IMG/VR virus record: IMGVR_UViG_3300037311_000172 | Span: 1 to 26,055 of that record | From: a virus | Lineage: Duplodnaviria; Caudoviricetes | Length of the DNA stretch: 26,055 nt | Strand: one strand, 5' to 3' | In this document: in pieces, positions 16,822-23,419 of the stretch | Layout: every line of letters starts with the position of its first letter | How positions within the stretch are numbered: the first letter of the stretch is position 1 | Translations under genes and position numbers: made by a program | The notes under the pieces: generated by a model | Told to the model about the DNA's origin: nothing | Seen by the model: only the letters and a program-made list of their open reading frames with translations | Database searches by the model: none

Positions 16822-18837
16822 TTACAACCAATTCTGTGTGTATGAATCGTCAATCCAACTACTTGATGCCGGTGCTGGTGCAGGAGCAGTGGCCGGCGCT
16901 CCAACTGGTGTTGTGGGCTCGATGGCCACGGGCCCCTGCTCTGCTGGCAGCGCCGCGCCTGACACCCTTCTGAGGGCATTCAACATGGCCTGAAACTGAG
17001 CGGCCTTCAGTGTGTCGATCCTGACCTTGGGATGGTGCGCGGCCGCAAGGCCATACACAAACTCATCCAAAGCTTCGTTGCGCCGCTTGCTAGGGTTGAC
17101 CCAGCGCCGCAACTTGATGTCGTAGTACTCGGCCGTTAGCTCGCGAAAGTAATCTGCTGTCAGCCCCTGCGCCAGGTGCACCGGGCTGCGCCGATGCTCT
17201 GTGGCATGTAGCCGCCGGTTGATCCAGCTCTTTGCAGTGTCAGGCGACACAAGCCAGACTTCGCCGCTTCGGCGGTGCAGCTTGCCGTTGGCCTTGTAGT
17301 CCACCTTGGTGGGTTTGCCACGAAGCACAGTCGAACCGGATCGCGACAGGCCTTTGACCGCAATCCAGCCTCGCGCCTTGTTGGCTCGGCACATGGCGAC
17401 CACGCGTTGGGTGTGATGACCGCCGCTATCGATTGCCGAGATCCTCGGCTTGAGTGCCGCTCCGCACGGATGCGTGTAGCTGCGATCCAGCTGCTCCTCG
17501 AGCTCGGCCAGCGTCTCATCATCATTGGGATCGCCCGGCAGACGGTACCGATCCACGACTGCTACGCTGAGCGTGTCATCGTTCCAGCCCCAGCCAAACA
17601 CCTGCACCGACCAGCGATCGGCCTGCGTGTCGACGCCAGCTGTCAGCAGTGCCACCCACTCTGGCATATCGCCCAGTGCGTGCCCCTCTCGCGCCGAGTC
17701 CTGCAGCGAGTTGGCATCGAGCCCGCTCGTATGCTCTTTCCAGGTCTCACCAAGGATCGTGTTGTAGAAGGTCTGCAGCGTTTCGGGTCTGCGCTTGGCG
17801 TCCAAAAACTCATGGGCCAGATGCGATGGCGTGGTGTTGGGCGACATCGAGTACGCGCACCACCACTCGAATCCAATCCTTCCAGTGAAGCTTGGGTCAA
17901 ACTCAAAGCGTCCGCCGCGGTACCGCCAGCCGTCGCCGTGCCACTCACACCGATCGATCTGCCAGCGATGGTGCTCGTACCCTATCAGGGCTGCGCAGTT
18001 CGGGCAGACCCAGGCGGCTTTGCTTGGCTCGCCTTCAGGCCACTTGAGATGCGCCACGGGCAGCGACCGATCGCCAATTCGAACCGGCTGATCTTCAAAG
18101 AACTTGCGCACATGCAACTCGTTGCAGTGCGGGCACGGCACCATGCAGTAGCCACGCCGGCTATCCATGAAGCTGGCCACGATCTTGGAGCTTCCTTCAA
18201 TGGTCGGCGAGCTGCCCTTCACGATCTTGCGATTCCAAAAATCCTGTGCACGGCGCCGCCCCAACTGGATCTGGTCACCTTCTTTGCCGGCGAGCTGCGG
18301 GTACCCATCGACCTCGTCAAACAGCACCACGCGCGTCGTCAGCCGACGAAAGCCTCGCGGCGAATGTGCCCCGATCAGATTCAGGATCCCGCCCGGGTAC
18401 TTCTTTTTCAGGATCGTGTTGCCGCTCGTGCGCGACTTGTCATCGGCGACCAGGCCGCTAAGCACCGGGGTATCGCGGATCATCGGCGCGATCTCGTCTT
18501 TCGAGTATCCCTCGGCATCCTCTCCGGTCGGTTGCACGACGAGGACGCTGCACGGGTCCTGGTGGATGCAGTACCCGATGATGATGTCGAGCACCTTGGT
18601 GTAGCCCACCCGGCTCGACTTCTTGACCGTGATGTCCTCGATGCCTGGCTCGGTGAACGCGTCCAGGATCGCCCGCTGGGTCGGTAGCGTGTGCCACTTG
18701 CCGGGCTCCGAGCTCGACTCTGGCGACAGGTAGAAGTACTCGTCAGCCCACTGGCTAAGCGTCAGCTTCTTCGGTGGCTCCCAAAGCGCTACCGTCTGTT
18801 GCCACAGCCGCTGCAAGGTTTGCAGGTAAGTCGTCAC
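16822..18837 (-). CDS. Terminase large subunit, lambda GpA family
   Basis: Walker A KSSRVGYT, Walker B VVLFDEVD, GSSPT, CPHC/CPNC Zn motif, nuclease AGVDTQ, IDSGG, NEALD. Confidence 0.96.
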   Translation of the reverse strand: MTTYLQTLQRLWQQTVALWEPPKKLTLSQWADEYFYLSPESSSEPGKWHTLPTQRAILDAFTEPGIEDITVKKSSRVGYTKVLDIIIGYCIHQDPCSVLVVQPTGEDAEGYSKDEIAPMIRDTPVLSGLVADDKSRTSGNTILKKKYPGGILNLIGAHSPRGFRRLTTRVVLFDEVDGYPQLAGKEGDQIQLGRRRAQDFWNRKIVKGSSPTIEGSSKIVASFMDSRRGYCMVPCPHCNELHVRKFFEDQPVRIGDRSLPVAHLKWPEGEPSKAAWVCPNCAALIGYEHHRWQIDRCEWHGDGWRYRGGRFEFDPSFTGRIGFEWWCAYSMSPNTTPSHLAHEFLDAKRRPETLQTFYNTILGETWKEHTSGLDANSLQDSAREGHALGDMPEWVALLTAGVDTQADRWSVQVFGWGWNDDTLSVAVVDRYRLPGDPNDDETLAELEEQLDRSYTHPCGAALKPRISAIDSGGHHTQRVVAMCRANKARGWIAVKGLSRSGSTVLRGKPTKVDYKANGKLHRRSGEVWLVSPDTAKSWINRRLHATEHRRSPVHLAQGLTADYFRELTAEYYDIKLRRWVNPSKRRNEALDEFVYGLAAAHHPKVRIDTLKAAQFQAMLNALRRVSGAALPAEQGPVAIEPTTPVGAPATAPAPAPASSSWIDDSYTQNWL

Positions 18838-19291
18838 GTGCTAACTCCGACAGGGCTTCGTGTGCTGCAGCCTCGATCTCCTCAATGATGGCTAGCTCGG
18901 TATGCGGGTGGCGCTGCCGCACCCGCGCATGAATCCCAAGTACTCGAGTTCTCGCCGCCGTCACAACGGACTGGAGAAAGGCTCGAACGTGATCAGCTCG
19001 CACTAGGTCGCCGCGCAGCTCGGCATTGCGCAGCGTGAAGTTTTCGGTCTGAGCTCGAGCCAGAGCGGCACGCTCCTGCTCAAGCACCAAGGCCTCATCG
19101 CCGCCCGGGCCCGCCCCGCCAAACTTCTTCAGGAAGCGGCGGGTTAGGAACTCGCCAAACTCGTCGCATGGCACTCGACCTTCAGGGTCCGCCGGGCAGC
19201 CATCGTCTTCCTTCACCATCTGCCGCACTCTGCGATCGCTGACACCGAGGATCTCCGCGGCCTGCTGCTGGTTGATGAAATACTTGCCCAT
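18755..19291 (-). CDS. Terminase small subunit (Nu1-like)
   Basis: N-terminal winged HTH (QQQAAEILGVSDRRVRQ), coiled coil, RGDLV motif; overlaps the TerL start. Confidence 0.88.
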   Translation of the reverse strand: MGKYFINQQQAAEILGVSDRRVRQMVKEDDGCPADPEGRVPCDEFGEFLTRRFLKKFGGAGPGGDEALVLEQERAALARAQTENFTLRNAELRGDLVRADHVRAFLQSVVTAARTRVLGIHARVRQRHPHTELAIIEEIEAAAHEALSELARDDLPANLAAAVATDGSALGATEEADA

Positions 19292-19330
19292 TGGCGATTT
19301 CTATTGGGTAGGAACCCTTAATAACTTACT

Positions 19331-19395
19331 GGCTGCGGGAACGACGCGGCTTGCATTACCCTTAACCCACCCCCTGCTGGGAGGGACCCGCAGCC
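19331..19395 (-). other. Putative cos site (cosQ plus cosN)
   Basis: Minus strand GGGTCCC-N22(ending GGTTAAG)-GGTAATGCAAGC-CGCG compared with lambda GGGTCCT-N23(ending GGTTACG)-GGGCGGCGACCT-CGCG (recalled); just upstream of TerS. Confidence 0.65.
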
Positions 19396-19410
19396 TCCCC
19401 AAAACTGTGG

Positions 19411-19474
19411 TGTCGCTAGATTTGACAGTACGACACGCAAGCCCTTGAGTGGCCACGGTGGAACAGGGATTGCT
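19411..19474 (+). promoter_or_regulatory. Sigma54 promoter with upstream enhancer-like palindrome and IHF-like site (PEP-CTERM-type regulatory box)
   Basis: TGTC-N9-GACA (19411-19427); ACTCAAGGGCTTG on the minus strand at 19450-19438 (1 mismatch to WATCAANNNNTTR); TGGAAC-AGGGA-TTGCT (19459-19474) with exact GG-N10-GC spacing. Confidence 0.72.
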
Positions 19475-19511
19475 AGGATTTGAGCACCCCAACACACCAT
19501 GGATGATTCAC

Positions 19512-20261
19512 ATGCTGCGTCGCGCTCTTGCTTGCCTTGCCTTCTCCACAATTGCTGCATCCGCATCCGCAGCGCCGTCGCTCCAGTACAGCCTAGTGAG
19601 TACATGGTCTATTGCGCTACAACCAAATTAGACGAGTGACTTTTCCTTAAGCTGCTTTGGCGCCGCCTCAAACCTATGCTCGGCCACGTTCTTTTTTCAA
19701 GGATCGTTTACTAATATTCCAAGGCCGACCGAACCTCCCGCCCCGCCTCAATTCGACTTGCGGTCAGAGTTTCTGCTCGGTGGCTTTTCGGTAACCAGAA
19801 CTGGCAATACAACCGGTCTGGTTGGTCCTGAGTTAGTACTAAGCTACACGCCCGTTCTCTCGGGGCTAGGACTCCCAGGCTTTAGTGGTGGCGTCGCTGT
19901 TATACGCGGGGAGGAAGGTGGGCGTGGGTCTATTTCGGGCTCGTTCAGCGCCACCCCCCGGCGAAACGACGATTCACCGAGTCCATTTTTTGCCTTTTCC
20001 TCGTTCAGTTGCTCAACGCCCAACGAATCATTGTTTGCAATTTGGGGCCCGGATGTGTGTGGCGTTCCAATCTCCGAAACAAGGCAGTTTGCCCTTTCAG
20101 CGCCCCTTTCTTTCGGCGAAACGATAACAGTAGACGCAAGCTTTACTGCTAACGTTTTGGCTACAGTTCCGATTGGTTCCACTGCTGCGCTTTTGGCTTT
20201 GGGCCTGATTGCTGGAGGCTTACTTGCCAAACGTCACCGCCGCGCCGAACCCAAAGCTTGA
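19512..20261 (+). pseudogene. PEP-CTERM-like (exosortase-target) surface protein, 249 codons, interrupted by one in-frame TAG at 19629-19631
   Basis: Signal peptide MLRRALACLAFSTIAASASA; ORFs 19449 and 19758 are in the same frame with no other stop between them; C-terminal VPIGST + TM helix + KRHRR; two Cys pairs. Confidence 0.82.
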
Positions 20262-21058
20262 TCGAGGCTTGCGCGAAACGTCGGGTCAAACTGCGACACA
20301 ATCACCTCGCCCACGATCTCTGGAAGGTCGAACAGTCTGCGATATGTGGGCCTTCGCACAAACATCACGATTGGCTTGATTGCAGTACCACCCGTGAACT
20401 GCGTTCGCGACCATATACCAGCAGGCAAATGCTGGGGTCTACCATTCTTCCAAGACCGGCCACCAAACCAATTGCCGGTGCCACGAGACACAAAATACTG
20501 CACAGCCTGAGCGCCTACTCTTCGAGCCGCTCGTGCGCCAAACCTTTGGCGGCCCTCTGCTGTCATGTCGGCTCGATAGCCCTGCTCACCGAACAACTCG
20601 AGGTAGCTCAGCAGCTGGGTGATGAACCGCGCGGGGATGTTGCCGTGGACATCGAGCGGAGCGCCCTCACCAGGCACAACAATCATTCCGGCAGACAGGT
20701 AACCAGCGCGATAAAGTGCTTTTTCAAACTGCTTGAACTCTCGGCCTCCGCCTGCAAATAGGTGACCCAGCACCTGGCTTGGCGACTTGCCGGATTTCTG
20801 CAGCAGCGCTGCGTCCTTCAGGTACACCATCGATTCCAACCGTGCTTTTGTGGCTGGTTTGATGAACATACTTGAAAGCGTGTACCTCGTTGGCATCTGC
20901 AGCTTCGCCTGCATTTGTTTTGCCGTTTCCTGCTGCGAGGCCTGTGCCATTCGAGTGAGCGTCACTGCGGTGGCAAACGGTATCTGCCGACGTTCCAGCT
21001 GAGTCAAGTGCTGGGTGATCTCGTTCAGATCGCCTTTGACCGAGATCCGCCCAACCAT
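20234..21058 (-). CDS. Neck / tail completion protein (gpZ-like)
   Basis: RQIPFATAVTLT...PTRYT, GGGREFKQFEKAL, LDVHGNI, HLPAGIW, IVMFVRRPTY motifs, typical of the gene preceding TerS in such prophages. Confidence 0.75.
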   Translation of the reverse strand: MVGRISVKGDLNEITQHLTQLERRQIPFATAVTLTRMAQASQQETAKQMQAKLQMPTRYTLSSMFIKPATKARLESMVYLKDAALLQKSGKSPSQVLGHLFAGGGREFKQFEKALYRAGYLSAGMIVVPGEGAPLDVHGNIPARFITQLLSYLELFGEQGYRADMTAEGRQRFGARAARRVGAQAVQYFVSRGTGNWFGGRSWKNGRPQHLPAGIWSRTQFTGGTAIKPIVMFVRRPTYRRLFDLPEIVGEVIVSQFDPTFRASLDQALGSARR

Positions 21059-22044
21059 TAGGCGACCGGCGAAGCCAGCACAATAAGTACTTCGAGGCGA
21101 TCTACAACGACTTGGCCAAGGCTGGTGTTGTACTGCACGCGCAGGTCGTACCTGCCCGAGTATTCGCCTGAGCTCAGCTTCATGACAATGTATCGCCCTT
21201 GCACATACGGCGTGGATACCGCGAGGGCCGGGTTCGCAACGCCGCTAAGCAACGACTGGCTGACCGATGGGTTGTCAACTACTTCCTCACCCTCGCCTAG
21301 CCGGCGTTTGGTGTCCAAGACCAGCAGCAACTCCTCTGATCGATCCTTTTCAACCCAGGCGTAGAAGCGGGTGCGCCACTTCACATTGGCAGCGGCTGCA
21401 GACAGGAACGCTTCGGGATACTCGGTGGCGACGGTGAATGCTTTGTCGTTGGTGCCATTGCCATTACTTGCTCGAATTGTGACCGCGGCAGAGCCAACGG
21501 GGGCGTTGGCGGTTTTGGAGAGCACACCTGCCGCACTCAAGGCAACGCCAGACGGCAAAGCGCCGCTCACAACCGACCAGTTAATCGGTGTTTCGCCTGT
21601 GGCCTCGAGCTGCAATGATCCGGCCGTCCCAGCGATAAATCGGATAGGTCCTTCGCTGGAGATCTGCGGCGCCAAGCCGTCTGCCACGTTTGTGACCGTC
21701 ACCGCAATCGTCTTCGTTGCCGTGGCCGAAGCACTGTCGGTAACGCGGACCTCGACCACATAGGTGTTGTTCGTATCGGCGTCGGTCGGCACCTCGAAGT
21801 CCGGGGCAACGATGAACGCTAGAGCCCCAGCTGAGGTGACCGAGAAGCGTGCCTGGTCGGCCCCCTGCCCTGTCTTAGCCCAGGTGTAGGGACCGGTCCC
21901 GCCCGAGGCCGCCAGCGTCACCACAGCGGCTTGGTTTTCGGGAGAGCTGATTTCGCTTGGCGTGGTAATTGTCAGCGCTCCAGAGACGGCAAAGTACCGC
22001 CCTCCAAAGTGCCTTTCGCTAAAAAACCGGCCGCCAAAGTACAT
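21058..22044 (-). CDS. Cadherin plus Ig-like (He_PIG-type) protein with possible fibre-adaptor C-terminal domain
   Basis: SPENQ...DQARFSV...APDFEVPTD...NTYVVEVRVTD (cadherin); ATGETPINWSVVSGALPSGVAL (Ig); KDRSEELLLVLD...YDLRVQYNTSLG C-terminal domain. Confidence 0.8.
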   Translation of the reverse strand: MYFGGRFFSERHFGGRYFAVSGALTITTPSEISSPENQAAVVTLAASGGTGPYTWAKTGQGADQARFSVTSAGALAFIVAPDFEVPTDADTNNTYVVEVRVTDSASATATKTIAVTVTNVADGLAPQISSEGPIRFIAGTAGSLQLEATGETPINWSVVSGALPSGVALSAAGVLSKTANAPVGSAAVTIRASNGNGTNDKAFTVATEYPEAFLSAAAANVKWRTRFYAWVEKDRSEELLLVLDTKRRLGEGEEVVDNPSVSQSLLSGVANPALAVSTPYVQGRYIVMKLSSGEYSGRYDLRVQYNTSLGQVVVDRLEVLIVLASPVA

Positions 22045-22047
22045 GGC

Positions 22048-22839
22048 TTAGGTTCCGTCGAAGGTGATGGCAGTCCGGTTGCCCGCATTGTCAACAGTTG
22101 CGGTCACTCGAGGCTTGGTATCTGCCACGGCATTACGAAATACTTCGGTAGCAGTACCTGAACCGGTCTTTTTGCCCAGCAAGGTCGCCGCGAACCCGCG
22201 CAGCGCCTGACGCAGCGTCAGGCCGGCCTCAATCCCGTTTGCCGCATCGAGAATGGCGGCTTCAACCTCGGCCTGGCTAAGACCTTGGAGCCCTAGCCCA
22301 GAGATGCGAACACAGCTCGTCGCGTCAAGTGCCGTTTCTAGGGTCCGATCAAAGCTGATGACGCGGCCAGAGGCCTGAGCAGCGATAGTAGTGCTCTGCC
22401 CTGCCCCTGCCCCTGCGATCACATCAAGTTGGCAAAACCGATACCTGTTCACCGCATCAATCGCTGTCGCGGCTAAGGTGCATCCAGTCGCCGCTCCAGC
22501 TGTCACGCGCCCTTGATGCAAGGTACCGGGGTGCACTGTGGTGATTTCAATCCATTGATCTTGCACAGCCTTGGTTGCCGCGTCCGCGACCACTACATCG
22601 ATCTGGTTGGCTTCCATTTCGGCCGCGGTAAGGCTGAACAGCCACCCCGCGGTGTTGCCGATCGTTACTGCCGTCGGCAGGTTGCTCAATGCCACTGGTG
22701 CAGCACCATCGCGCACGATTCGGCAGTCACCAGCAACCGGCGTCCAATCGGCGGCGAGCGCAAAATCTGTGTTGCCCTGCCGCGGCATCGGGATCAAAAA
22801 AGAAAAGGGCACACCAAACGTGCCGAGCAAAGCTGCCAT
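22048..22839 (-). CDS. Hypothetical virion-associated protein, 263 aa
   Basis: Coupled ORF; the C-terminus GLTLRQALRG...GKKTG...FRNA...RVTATVD..GNRT resembles a motif I associate with phage structural proteins (recalled, unverified). Confidence 0.65.
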   Translation of the reverse strand: MAALLGTFGVPFSFLIPMPRQGNTDFALAADWTPVAGDCRIVRDGAAPVALSNLPTAVTIGNTAGWLFSLTAAEMEANQIDVVVADAATKAVQDQWIEITTVHPGTLHQGRVTAGAATGCTLAATAIDAVNRYRFCQLDVIAGAGAGQSTTIAAQASGRVISFDRTLETALDATSCVRISGLGLQGLSQAEVEAAILDAANGIEAGLTLRQALRGFAATLLGKKTGSGTATEVFRNAVADTKPRVTATVDNAGNRTAITFDGT

Positions 22840-23417
22840 CAGAAAACCCCTCGTTTGATACCACGCAAGATGCCGCGCGGCAAAGATTCCTCGATCACAG
22901 AGCCGCCCCCACCCCCGCCCCCACCCCCGCCCCCAGACGCCGGAATGATTCGGATGTTGTCCCAGGAGATCGCGCGATCCTGGGTGTCCACAGCAGCGAC
23001 GGAAAAGCGAACCGAAAACGAGCCCCCCGTAACAGTGAAGATTCCGGTCGTGTTATCGACCTTCCAAGGCGGGGGATTATTGTTCTCGGTATCAAAACTG
23101 CCGACCTCAACGTTGTTTGCAAAGACCTTGAGTGTTTGACCGAGGCCCACCGCTCGCTGTTTGACGTCGACTAGGATCTGGTAGGTGCCGTCAGTAATGT
23201 TTACGGTTTGATTGAAGTTAACCGTCGTGCCTGCAGGGTTGCTGAAGTGCTGGACAGTGAACACCTGATTGCCAGCGGTCGCGACATCGTGCCCATAGAA
23301 ACCACGACTGAGGCCAGCCCACCACGACGTGCCAGTGATGACCCAGTTCTCGACCGTGACGGATCGCTGTCCGCTAGCAACTGTCGGCAGCTCAGCGGAG
23401 GGATTTAAAATGGTCAT
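22839..23417 (-). CDS. Beta-sandwich (CBM-like) protein with Gly11 linker and basic C-terminal peptide
   Basis: ILNPSAE...W...ISWDNIRI pattern resembling galactose-binding/CBM folds; then G11 and LPRGILRGIKRGVF. Confidence 0.62.
   Translation of the reverse strand: MTILNPSAELPTVASGQRSVTVENWVITGTSWWAGLSRGFYGHDVATAGNQVFTVQHFSNPAGTTVNFNQTVNITDGTYQILVDVKQRAVGLGQTLKVFANNVEVGSFDTENNNPPPWKVDNTTGIFTVTGGSFSVRFSVAAVDTQDRAISWDNIRIIPASGGGGGGGGGGGSVIEESLPRGILRGIKRGVF
22906..22934 (-). repeat. Five G5 runs (GGGGGY repeat) encoding poly-Gly; G-quadruplex-forming motif
   Basis: Plus strand CCCCC A CCCCC G CCCCC A CCCCC G CCCCC. Confidence 0.9.
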
Positions 23418-23419
23418 TG

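Noticed and set aside
17275-18687. 470-aa plus-strand ORF
   Set aside because: Antisense shadow of the well-supported TerL gene in GC-rich DNA; no recognisable motifs.
19422-19450. Perfect TTGACA as a sigma70 -35 element
   Set aside because: The hexamer at 17-nt spacing is TTGAGT, a poor -10; TTGACA is better explained as half of the TGTC-N9-GACA palindrome.
19844-20230. 128-aa minus-strand ORF between gpZ and TerS
   Set aside because: Antisense to the PEP-CTERM-like frame, which has signal peptide, sorting tail and promoter; this ORF has no features of its own.
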